Positions 1 to 12,249 of a stretch of DNA of 64,000 nt are shown piece after piece (within the stretch, counting starts at the first letter, position 1; each line of letters starts with the position of its first letter). The notes beneath the pieces are model-generated. The model had not been told where the DNA came from. It worked only from the letters and a program-made list of their open reading frames with translations, and ran no database searches. The stretch covers positions 1,550,001 through 1,614,000 of the forward strand of contig OZ024765.1 in assembly GCA_964016885.1 (NCBI GenBank). Direction: 5' to 3'. The position numbers and the translations under genes are program-made. This DNA is from Eledone cirrhosa (lineage: Eukaryota).

Positions 1-79
1 AGATGATTTACAAGTCGATACTAAATATGACGAACCATTAAGAAAGGCATGAACGACACTACATCTCTTTTTACTGGGT

Positions 80-368
80 ATTTTGAAAGTAGGTTTATCA
101 ATATCAATTTTCAGTAAATATATGTGGATGTTTCTATGGTCTAGCGGAAGGTCTAAGAGATGGTTGAAATCCTGGTCTGGGGTTCAATCCTACACTAAGC
201 TTTTTCAGTTTTGATTTTGATATAAAAATTGAAAAAGCTAAGTGTAGGATACTGGCCAATATTGAACCCCAGACCAGAATATCCACCGTCTTTAATACCC
301 CCCACTAGACCACAGAAACTACCACAAATAACTTTTGAAAATTGATATTTATAAACCTACTTTCAAAT
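80..368. mobile_element. Fold-back element with tRNA-like A/B boxes in the arms
   Basis: tttgaaagtaggtttat...ttttca (82-113) is mirrored at 336-367. The arm contains tggtctagcgg...ggttcaatcc. Confidence 0.65.
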
Positions 369-380
369 AAATAAGTCAGT

Positions 381-630
381 TTGGACAGCGCAGGCTGGCA
401 ACGGGTGACACTACCAGCGAGGTTCTGTGGCCTCGACCTCCGATCAGTTTCGGACATAGCTTTACCTGCCTACCTTCCCTCTATCTCCTCTTGTCGCGCT
501 CACGTCAGCGAGGTTCTCCGCCAGACGGCCGCACCTGACCTGGCCCCAGAGATGGAACAGGCTCTGGCTTACTGGACTGGCGAAGGCCTCTCTACACTCC
601 AGTATACCACGGTCCAACGTAACTGGGATG
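381..630 (+). pseudogene. Non-LTR retrotransposon RT-thumb fragment (CRE-like)
   Basis: WQRVTLPARFCGLDLRSVSDIALPAYLPS resembles the WxQAxLPxRxGGLGLR...LAxPAFLxS motif. Higher GC than the flanks. Confidence 0.65.
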
Positions 631-677
631 TCATCAAATTGCAGGTCTTCGATCAGTATGTCGTTTTTGGAAGACCC

Positions 678-985
678 AGATGATTTACAAATCATAAATA
701 AATACATAAACAACACTACACCCTTTTTTACTAGGATTTTTGAAAGTAGGTTTATAAATATCAATTTTCAGTAGTTATTTATAGCAGTTTACTTGGCCTA
801 GTGGGACATCTTAGAGACACTGGGAATGCTGGTCTCGGGTTCAAGCCTGTCCGGTGTCTTGGAAATGCTGGTCTGGGGGTTCAAGCCTGTCCGGTGTCTT
901 ACACTGAAGTTTTGATTTTGAAATAAAAATTGAAAAATCTTAGTGTAGGATCTAGACCAGGATTGAACCCCCGACCAGTATAACC
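678..985. mobile_element. Second, truncated copy of the same fold-back element
   Basis: agatgatttacaa at 678 matches 1-13. Shares tttgaaagtaggtttat and the central ttttgattttga...aaattgaaaaa. Has an internal duplication of about 40 bp. Confidence 0.65.
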
Positions 986-1074
986 TAAGGGAGGGCTACA
1001 CGCCCCAGGGGAGGGCCTCACTTTAAAAATATATTTTTTGTATTTCATCATTAGTTTTTATTTAATCAAAAACT

Positions 1075-1735
1075 TCTACCTCTCTCTCTGTCTATCTCTC
1101 TATCTGTCTCCCCCCCCTTCTCCGTCTCTTTTTCTGCCTCTCTCTCTCTATATCTCTCTTTGTTCCTCTATCTATTTCTCTCTCTCTATCTATTTATCTA
1201 TCACTCTCACTGTAAGTCTGTCTCTCTCCCTCTCTATCTAGTTCCACCGTTTTCTTTTTCTCCCTCTCGTTTCATCTGTCTGTCTATTTCTCTTTCTCTG
1301 TTTACCTATCTATCTCTCCCTCTCTCACTGTGAGTCTCTCTGTTCCTCTCTCTCTCTCTCCCCGTCTCTCCTTCTCACGATATATCTCTCTCTGTTCGTC
1401 TGCCTATCTATTTATTTCTCTCTCTATCTACTAATCTCCCTCTCTCCGTCTTTCCCTCTCACTGTTCCTCTCTCTCTACTTATCTCCCTCTCCCTGTTCC
1501 TCAGTCTCTCTCTCTCTCTCTCTCCCTCTCTCTCTATCTACCTACCTATCGCTCTCTCCCCCCCTCTCTCTTCCTCAGTCAATCTCTATCTCTCTCGCCG
1601 TCTCTCTATCTATCTACCTCTCTCTCTCTCTCTATCTACCTACCTATCGCTCTCTCTCCCCCTCTCTCTTCCCCAGTCAATCTCTATCTCTCTCGCCGTC
1701 TCTCTATCTATCTACCTCTCTCTCTCCCTCTCTAC
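1075..1735. repeat. (CT)n/(CTAT)n pyrimidine-rich microsatellite
   Basis: Direct inspection. Confidence 0.95.
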
Positions 1736-1822
1736 CACAGTCGCAGCATCCAAACTTGGTTACCCTGCCCCAGAAGTAAGGCAAAAGTTGATTTAAAAAA
1801 CAGGAAGGAAGACAAGACAAAC

Positions 1823-1855
<33 letters not shown>

Positions 1856-2222
1856 TATCATATAATATATATATTTTATATTATATATATAATATATTAT
1901 ATACATCATATTAAATATATCTACACATATGTATGTATATATGTGTATATAATTATAAGGAGTTCATTTCACGAAATATTCTGGTAAGAAGAAAAAGAGA
2001 AGGTAAAGCTTTGAACGTAAGGAAAAAAAGAAGGCGAGAAAGAAGCAATTATATAACCAACTACTTAACTAATTTACTAATTAACTCATTAACAACAACA
2101 ATACTAATAACTGTTAATAACTAACAATACTAACAACAGCTTCTATAACCTTTACTGTTTAAGAATTAACGAAAGAAGACTCGGCTCTAATGTGGTTTCC
2201 CGTCACGCTAGAAATAGCAGCC

Positions 2223-2253
<31 letters not shown>

Positions 2254-2363
2254 ATATATATATTATATATACACCCACTCACCCCTCCTGTTGTTTTCTC
2301 TTAATTTTTTAAAACTATTGTATATATATATGTATAGTTTTGTTTGTTATATAAATTGCATTG

Positions 2364-2400
<37 letters not shown>

Positions 2401-2449
2401 ATATAATTATATATATATAGACCGTTGCTTTTGGAGGCCATCAGATATA

Positions 2450-2522
<73 letters not shown>

Positions 2523-2537
2523 TCTCATACACACACG

Positions 2538-2580
<43 letters not shown>

Positions 2581-2770
2581 AGGAACGAGTAGGACCCCGA
2601 CGGCTGAGCTCAAGCCGTTTCGACGGCTAATTCGAGTCCAGAACTAGCCGTCGAAACCGCTTGAGCTCTGCCGTCGGGGTCATACATTTTCCTATTACCC
2701 ACTCTACTACCCTAAGTATTGAGTACTTTGGTGCGATATGGTCCATCTGGTTCCTTACCATATTTCGTTA
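2581..2770 (+). mobile_element. Hairpin-plus-tail element in (TA)n; other copies at 30390-30606, 43530-43630, 43722-43877, 60287-60400
   Basis: accccgacggctgagctc...gagctctgccgtcggggt hairpin followed by tacccactctactaccctaagtattgagtac...ggttccttacca. Confidence 0.75.
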
Positions 2771-2897
2771 TATATATAAACAGTTATATACTCTCAGACA
2801 CATACAAACATACACGTACATATATATATATATATATACACTGACACAAACATACACATTCTTACATAAACACACACACTGTCAGGTTAAATAAGGG

Positions 2898-2932
<35 letters not shown>

Positions 2933-2937
2933 ATATA

Positions 2938-2976
<39 letters not shown>

Positions 2977-3394
2977 GTGTGTGTGTGTATATATGTATAT
3001 ATATATAATATTGGATTCAGATGCAGTGCAGTGATGGTCACGGCTAGAGTGTCTGTTGAGGATGTGGTTCCTGCCCGGCCACCATTGGCCTAGGGTTAAG
3101 CAACAACTGACAACAACAACACTAACAAACAACCTTTACTAATTACGGACCCTCCAACGCGCTCATATCCGGCTGTGCTAGAAATAGCAGCCAAATTTAT
3201 CGACCGCCTTAAATCATACACAGTCTGTCAACAGTATGATTAATTACAGCGTTAGAAAGACATATTTGATAACATTGTAGTTGTAGACACTCTAAATAGG
3301 CAATGATGGTCGTGGATGGAGTGTATTTTAATATCTCAGCTTGTTCAGTCATCATCTAGTGTTAAACTACAATCGCCTTTATTTAGCTATATCG

Positions 3395-4222
3395 GCATAA
3401 CTTATGTTTCCTCATATATCTATACTGATGAATCTTGGGTAATGACCGAAAGAATACGATCGCGAATATAAGCGGTTGAAATGGGGTTCTTGCGAAAGGT
3501 CTTTGGTGTAATGTTACTTGATAAATTGTGTAGCTCGGAGATGAGTGAGTCATTCCAGGTAGAGCTACTACTTCTCCAAATTGAGAGATCACAGCTCCGA
3601 TACTATGGACATGTGGTTAGAATGTCTCAGGAAAGAATCGCTGGACAGATTTGTAGCTAAGAGATCAAAGAGTCACTCCAGGTAGAGCTACTACTTCTCT
3701 GAATAGAGAGATCACAGCTCTGATACTATGGACATGTTGTTAGAATGTCTCAGGAAAGAATCACTGGACAGATTTGTAGCTCAGAGATCAAAGAGTCACT
3801 CTAGGTAGAGCTGCTACTTCTCTGAATTGAGAGATCACAACTCTGATACTATGGACATGTGGTTAGAATGTCTCAGGAAAGAATCACTGGACAGATTTGT
3901 AGTTCAGAGACCAGAGAGTCACTCCAGGTAGAGCTACTACTTCTCCAAATTAAGAGATCACAGCTCTGATACTACAGACATGTGGTTAGAATGTCTCAGG
4001 AAAGAATCGCTGGACAGATTTTATGGGCAAAAGCAACAGATAAGAGACCCAGGGTAGATCCTGAGCAAGATGGTTGGATAACATCCATGTGCTTGGCTAG
4101 TATCGCTTGGTGATCCAGCCGGATCAGTTGGAGACGGTTGTTTCTAACAGGACCCACTAAAAGGAGTGTTTGAGGACTCTGCCCCCACGAACCTCCCAGG
4201 AATAAGTGAACGAAGAAGAAGT
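3395..4222 (+). mobile_element. RTE-clade LINE 3' fragment with an internal 123-bp x4 tandem duplication
   Basis: Encodes ESWVMTERIRSRI..EMGFLRK, IERSQLRYYGHVVRM, RPR; short (gaa)n tail. Unit starts at 3547/3670/3793/3916. Confidence 0.85.
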
Positions 4223-4500
4223 ATATTTTTAAACGAAAGTTTACAGAAATATATTCTAAAAGTTGTAGATTTTGATTATGTCAATGGAATTCCTCAAATA
4301 TAAACAAATATATAATTATATCCGATTTAGGCGCAAGGGCAAGAATTTATTTTTTGGGGGCTGGGGGTGGGAGAAGTCGATTAAATCGATCCCAGTGTGT
4401 TACTGGTACTTTATTTCATCGACCTCGTAAGAATGAAAGGCAAAGCTAACCTTAATAATAATTGTTTCTGATTTAGGCACAAGGCCAGCAATTTTGAGTT

Positions 4501-4553
<53 letters not shown>

Positions 4554-4562
4554 ATATATAGA

Positions 4563-4610
<48 letters not shown>

Positions 4611-5429
4611 AATAAGGAGTTGACGGACCCAGCATATTTATCAATGCCAGTACCGGTTGTATCTCAGCGTACTCCATAGGCAATGTAAGATACATATATA
4701 TATAGTATTTCTTTTTTAAGATTTCTTATCTGAAAACGTGTGTTGAAATATATATTGTTTTATTTTGGGAGGCCATGCCAATAAAAAGCATATGTATCTG
4801 TTGGATTTCACTTCAGTTCATTACAAATTTCCGGTTGGTTGGTTTAATAACCGTGTAATGCCACGATAAAGCTAATCTGACCACCCCCAAACTAGTCCAT
4901 ACTGTCAGGTGATTGTTACGGTGACACAAGACAAAGCACCGAGTCCACAATGTTATGTGGAAAAATTAACATTCAACTTCAGTCAACCTTCGACTATCAC
5001 TAAAGTTTCGGTATATTAAGATTGTTACCGTTCGTTCTAGTGTACATTGGAGTGTAACAAAACTAGTAGGGACTAAGACAGGACAAATTACGTCTTTCGG
5101 TGAATGCACTGGGATACTTGCTGGTCTTGTGTCAAAAGTAGAAACAATTATATTTATAGCTGAGTCATAATTGTGTAGAGGTGCTTCGAATGCAAACCGG
5201 GTATAGTTTATTGAGACTTAATTTCCATTGTGTTGGCCGTGTAATATTCCTCTATAGTTAGCTATAAACTATATTATGTTGTTGTTAGGTGTGGTCCATG
5301 ATCTGCCCTGCTTTAAAGTCCTTTTGATTTTAAATATTCATTCATCCGTTCTAAATCTAGAAAGCATTTGGTTCTTGTTATGTACTGATTTTTCTGTTTA
5401 TCCTGGCTGTTGTATGTATTTACAGCTCA

Positions 5430-5835
5430 TGTCTGGGTATTTAGCACCCCTTGTTAACTTTACAATGTGTACCTGGGTATTTAACACCCTTGACTAACTC
5501 TAAAACGTGTCTTGGTATTTAGTACCCTTGACTAGCTCTACAGTGTGTACCTGGGTATTTAGCACCTTAGACTAGCTCTAGTGTGTACCTGGGTATTTAG
5601 CACCTTAGACTAGCTCTACAGTGTGTACCTGGGTATTTAGCACCTTAGACTAGCTCTACTATGTGTACCTGGGTATTTAACACCTTAGGTTAGCTCTACA
5701 ATATATACCTGGGTATTTAGCACCCTAGGTTAGTTCTACAATTTGTACCTGGGTATTTAGTACCCTAGGTTACCTCTACAATTGATGTCTGAGTATTCAG
5801 GACCCTAGGTTTGCTATACAATGAGTCAACCCTAG
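5430..5835. repeat. About 40-bp minisatellite, about 10 diverging copies
   Basis: gtgtacctgggtatttagcaccttagactagctctaca repeated. Confidence 0.9.
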
Positions 5836-6129
5836 TATTTCACTGGTACTATAATTCATCACCCCCATCCAGTATTTCACTGATACTATATTATATCGAT
5901 ACCCATTCACCCCTGGGGAGGGTAAAAGGCAAAATGGACGACGGTGGGATTTGAACTCAGAACGTACAGGGACGTAACTAAACGCAGCATCAAAATATTT
6001 CGTCCGATTTGAGGTCAAAGTTTAAAGTAACGAAACTATTGTAGAAGAAGATATCGCAGAGTGTTTTGTCCGATGATCTACCGATTCTGGCAATCCACCC
6101 AGCTTAATTCTTTAAATCAAAACACACAC

Positions 6130-6174
<45 letters not shown>

Positions 6175-6216
6175 GCACGACCTTTAATATAAACTAAATA
6201 AGATCTTTTATAGATA

Positions 6217-6330
<114 letters not shown>

Positions 6331-6347
6331 ATGGTATGCTATATGCA

Positions 6348-6464
6348 TGGTGTCCCCCAAAAATATATACACATTTCAACAGCCGGTAATCAAAGTGTGT
6401 ATACATTTTTGGGACACCCTGTGTATATATATATATGTATATATATAAGTATACTTGTGTGTGA

Positions 6465-6548
<84 letters not shown>

Positions 6549-6836
6549 ATATATATACGAGTGTATATAATGACAGCAGGGTATATGAAGGTGTGAAATT
6601 CTTTGAAAGTCGTTTTGGTTTTCTTAATTTGGCCATGTTTTATATTTTCCTCCGAAACAACTCAGCCTGGTTCTGTATATACACAGTATATATATTTATA
6701 TATAGTGTATATAGTATATATAATATATATATATATTGTATCCCTAAACTTAGCTAAACAACTATATATATATACACTGTATATTTTTTTGGGGGTGGGG
6801 TGGGGAGGGGGGACACCCTGTATATATATACCGTAC

Positions 6837-6888
<52 letters not shown>

Positions 6889-7112
6889 TACAGTGTGTCC
6901 AAAAAAATATATCAACACTTCAACACCATTCTAATTAAAATGTGTATACATTTTTTGGGGACAGTCTGTGTGTGTGTGTGTGTATGTATATATGTATATA
7001 TATATATACATATACGCGATATATATATATACAGGACGTCCCCCAAAAATATATCCACACTTCTACATCATTCTAATTAAAGTGTGTATACATCTTTCGG
7101 GGACACCCTGTA

Positions 7113-7143
<31 letters not shown>

Positions 7144-7242
7144 GGTCCGTTTACTCTTAGTACATATGTCTTTAATTGTTACAGACATATGTGTAAGTAT
7201 ATACATATGTATGTATGTATGTGTGTGTATATATATACATAT

Positions 7243-7276
<34 letters not shown>

Positions 7277-7342
7277 GTGTGTATATAAACCTGGACTACA
7301 TGTATCTTTTAAAAAATAGTTGTATTTGTTCATTTCCCCCCC

Positions 7343-7385
<43 letters not shown>

Positions 7386-7697
7386 GTGTGTGTATATATG
7401 TGTACACTAATGTGTCTATAGCGGTCTATGTATGTATGTGTGTGTATATATATATATACCATAGTAAGTGCGTGTTTGTATGTATATATTTACGAATGTA
7501 TGTGTAATTATATAGGGTGTCGCCAAAAAATGTATGCATACTTTTTATTAGAATGATGTTGAAGTATGTATACATTTATGTGGGACACACATACACACGT
7601 ATATATGTGTGTGTATATGTGTAAATATTTATATACATGTATACATACATACACTAGTCTGTATGTATGTATATATATATATGTATGTGTGTATATG

Positions 7698-7745
<48 letters not shown>

Positions 7746-7818
7746 GGGTGTCCCCCAAAAATATATACACATTGATTAAACTACTATTGAAGTATATATA
7801 CATTTTTGTGACACCTTA
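6348..7818. mobile_element. Cluster of about 75-bp Tc1/mariner-type MITEs in (TA)n (about 6348, 6775 partial, 6891, 7032, 7514, 7744; also 9516-9593)
   Basis: TIRs cagggtgtcccaaaaa...tgtataca / tgtatacatttttgggacaccctg with TA flanks. Confidence 0.75.
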
Positions 7819-7839
7819 TATATATATATATATATATAA

Positions 7840-7870
<31 letters not shown>

Positions 7871-7935
7871 CATATGTAAATGTGTGTGTATATATATATA
7901 TATATATATACACATGTATATAAATATGTATATGT

Positions 7936-7981
<46 letters not shown>

Positions 7982-8597
7982 ATATATATATATATACATG
8001 TATATATATATATATATACATGTATATATATATATATATATACGCTCACATGTGTATATATATATATATATATATACACACACATGTGTGTATGTCTATC
8101 TTCCATCAAGTCGACCTGGATCGGGCATCTTTACCAAAAACTCTACCTCCAAGATATGTGTGTATATAATTGTGTATATATTATATATTCCTCTCTCTCT
8201 ATATATATTTAATACCCACTTTCTATTCTCTCTCTATATATACACACATATGTGTGTATATATATATATATGTATATATATAATTAATATATATTAACAT
8301 CGTGTTTCAATGTGCTGAGCATGTATTGAATTTATTACGAGTGTATATATATATAAATATATATATATATAGATATGTTATGTATGTATATAGTGTATAT
8401 ATGTTATATATGCGTTAATTAGTTATTTTGTTGACCTGAAAGAAGAGAAATTGGAAGGAAAGGTATATATAATAGTTTGTATATATGAACGATGTATATA
8501 TTTGGTATGTCTGTGATATATACATGTATATATATATGTATGTAGTATGTATCTAGTATATATAGATATATATGTATATATATGTAGTATGTATGTA

Positions 8598-8637
<40 letters not shown>

Positions 8638-8728
8638 TACGTCCCATGAACGTGTGGTGTATATATATATATAGATACATTGTATGAATATGTGTAGTAT
8701 ATATGTATATACCTAATAACGTGTGTGT

Positions 8729-8766
<38 letters not shown>

Positions 8767-8830
8767 ACACATATTTAAACCATTATAAATATATACCTCC
8801 CCCTGACATATATATATATATATATACAGT

Positions 8831-8884
<54 letters not shown>

Positions 8885-8918
8885 CCACACGTTCATGGGA
8901 CGTATGGTGACTATATAA

Positions 8919-8952
<34 letters not shown>

Positions 8953-8967
8953 TTGCATATATATCTA

Positions 8968-9014
<47 letters not shown>

Positions 9015-9397
9015 ATCTATCGCTATATACGCACGCATATGTATGTATATATATATATATATACACACACACAGCTAAATATGTACATATATAGATATAT
9101 GCAAGCTTGCCATTATGTGTTCACACACGCTATATACATATAGTGTATATATATACACACTATACATATAGTGTGTATATATATATATACATACATATAT
9201 ATACATTATATGTATAGTGTATATATATATACACACACTATATATATATACAATGTATGTATACACTAAAGTGGGTGTATACCGGTGTCTATGAAACACC
9301 AACTGTATAAGTACTCAATACATGTGAGAACTGTGTAAGTTTTATTTGCAACAGAAAACGTTGACAGTAACTTCGAAGTTACTTCCTCCAGACTTCA

Positions 9398-9431
<34 letters not shown>

Positions 9432-9441
9432 GTCTACACAC

Positions 9442-9480
<39 letters not shown>

Positions 9481-9800
9481 CTGTAGATATTTTGACATCT
9501 CGTCTCTACTCTTTACCGGATGTCCCCAAAAATGTATACACACTTCAACAGCCTTCTAATCAAACTGTATATACATTTTTGACCGTCACCCTGTATACAT
9601 ACATAAATACGTGTGTATATATATATATATGGTCTTCGTAATTATTATTACTATTTATATATATATATATATGTGTGTCTGTATATAAATATATATGTAT
9701 ATATATATATGTGTGTATATATATGTATATATGTGTGTATATATTATGTGTATATATATATATATGTATATATGTGTGTATATATGTCTATGTATATATG

Positions 9801-9833
<33 letters not shown>

Positions 9834-9974
9834 GTGTATATATCTGTCTCTGTATATGTATATATGTGTGTGTGTATATATGTATAACGCTCTCGTGTGT
9901 TTGTTGGTCCTCCGTCTGACACAACGAGCAGTGTTCCGGTCGTTCCATTAACGGAACAAGTAGCTCGTCTCTGT

Positions 9975-11100
9975 TACAGCCAGTCGTTGGGGTGCCACTG
10001 TTACAGCCAATCGTTGGGGTGCCACTCTAGACGTGCCACTGGTACAGCCAGTCGTTGGGGTGTCACTCTAGATGTGTCACTGGTAAAGCCAGTCACTGGG
10101 GTGCCACTCTAGATGTGCCACTGTTTCAGCCAGTCGTTGGGTGCCACTCTAGATGTGCCACTGGTACAGCCAGTCGTTGGGGTGCCACTCTAGATGTGCC
10201 ACTGTTACAGCCAGTCGTTGGGGGTGCCACTCTAGATGTGCCACTGGTACAGCCAGTCGTTGGGGTGCCACTCTAGATGTGCCACTGCTACAGCCAGTCG
10301 TTGGGGGTGCCACTCTACATGTGCCACTGGTACAGCCAGTCGTTGGGGGTGCCACTCTATATGTGCCACTCTAGATGTTCCACTGTTACAGCCAGTCGTT
10401 GGGGGTGCCACTCTATATGTGCCACTCTAGATGTGCCACTGGTACAGCCAGTCGTTGGGGTGCCACTCTAGATGTGCCACTGGTACAGCCAGTCGTTGGG
10501 GGTGCCACTCTAGATGTGCCACTGGTACAGCCAGTCGTTGGGGTGCCACTCTAGATGTGCCACTGGTACAGCCAGTCGTTGGGGGTGCCACTCTAGATGT
10601 GCCACTGGTACAGCCAGTCGTTGGGGTGCCACTCTAGATGTGCCACTGGTACAGCCAGTCGTTGGGGGTGCCACTCTAGATGTGCCACTGGTACAGCCAG
10701 TCGTTGGGGTGCCACTCTAGATGTGCCACTGTTACAGCCAGTCGTTGGGGGTGCCACTCTAGATGTGCCACTGGTACAGCCAGTCGTTGAGGTACCACTC
10801 TAGATGTGCCACTGTTACAGCCAGTCATTGGGGTGCCACTGGTACAGCCAGTCGTTGGGGTGCCACTCTAGATGTGCCACTCTAGATGTGCCACTGGTAC
10901 AGCCAGTCGTTGAGGAACCACTCTAGATGTGCCACTGGTACAGCCAGTTGTTAGGGTACCACTCTAGATGTGCCACTGGTACAGCCAGTCGTTGGGGTGC
11001 CACTGGTGGTAATAATTGTTGAGGTGCCACCCTAGATGTGCCACTGGTACAACCAGTTGTTGGGGGTACCACTCAAGATGTGCCACTGGTACAGTCAGTT
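9975..11100. repeat. 41/42-bp minisatellite, about 27 copies
   Basis: gtgccactctagatgtgccactggtacagccagtcgttgggg(g). Confidence 0.95.
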
Positions 11101-11101
11101 G

Positions 11102-11312
11102 TCACCATTGCTCTCTATTTTCCATCATGTGTAGAAAGGTCCCAGCGTCGTGACTAGTCCAGTCTTTGATGTTGTCAGACCAGGATTTTGTTAGTCTGCC
11201 TCTTCTTCGCCCTCCCTCGACTGTGCCCTGAAGGATGGTTTTAGGCAAAGGGTTGTGGTGGGATACACGACCATACCAGGCAAGCTTCTGTCTTTTTACC
11301 ATGTCAAGGAGT
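11102..11312 (-). pseudogene. RTE/BovB-like LINE C-terminal fragment
   Basis: KRQKLAWYGRV...KTILQGTVEGGRRRGR..KSWSDNIKDWT. Confidence 0.85.
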
Positions 11313-11380
11313 GTTGCCTCGGCTGGTTATATGCCATAATACAAAAGACCTGTCCACCAGTACCAGCACTGTGACATTAA

Positions 11381-11650
11381 CTCTTTACCATTTGCAGTAC
11401 TCTATATATACTATTGTATTTTCACAGTAAAGGCTTTACCTCACATAATATCTCACATAACATTTACATTACTCTATATATACTATTGTATTTTCACAGT
11501 AAAGGCTTTACCTTATCGCATTTATGAGATTTTGATATTTATTTTGAGTACAATACTTTAACATCAGTATCAGTGGCCAGTTATGGCCAGTTTAAAGAGA
11601 AAGAGGTGAGAGAATTCTGGCCGGATATGGCCGGTTTAAATGCTGAAGGG
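11381..11650. mobile_element. piggyBac-type MITE with an internal duplication of about 70 bp
   Basis: TTAA flanks, C(C/T)CTTT...AAGGG termini, homologous to 13717-13934 and 33872-34092. Confidence 0.7.
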
Positions 11651-12249
11651 TTAAACGTAAATGTGGTGATAGACTGGAGACTACAGAGGTTGGCAATCTA
11701 AATTGAATGGGGACGATATAAGTATTTGAGAGGACCCTTCAGTCTGGATGAATGTGTGATAACCTACCTATTACTGGTACACCCAATACAACCTGTAAAG
11801 TGTTAGCACCACAATAAAATACACCCAGTACACTACGTAAAGTGGTAACACTGGTGTCACAAAACCTCACACGTATTCATCACCATCATCATTTAACATC
11901 CGCATTTCCCTGCTTGCAAGGGTGGGACAGGTTCTCTTCAGCACAGCATCTCTCCATTCGTCATGGTCCTTTGTGATCCCCTCTGTGAGGTCTTGGTGTC
12001 ACGAAATATGCCCTTCAGTACACTGTGTAAGGTGGTTGATGTTAGGAAGGGCATCTAGCCATAGAAACCTTGTCAAATACAAAACATGAGCAAGACATGG
12101 TTGCAGGACCTGTCTAGCCTCAGCACAAATTCCAAAATAATTCAGACATCAGGATTGGCCCTACTGAATGTCAAACCTCAATACAGCCCTTCTTTAACAT
12201 GACAATCAGGCATGAAGAGCTAGCTGGTCACAGACATCTCAACTAGCCC

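Noticed and set aside
1741-1775. Possible 35-nt exon (cag...gtaagg)
   Set aside because: The pyrimidine tract is only a CT microsatellite, the exon is not frame-preserving, and there is no other support.
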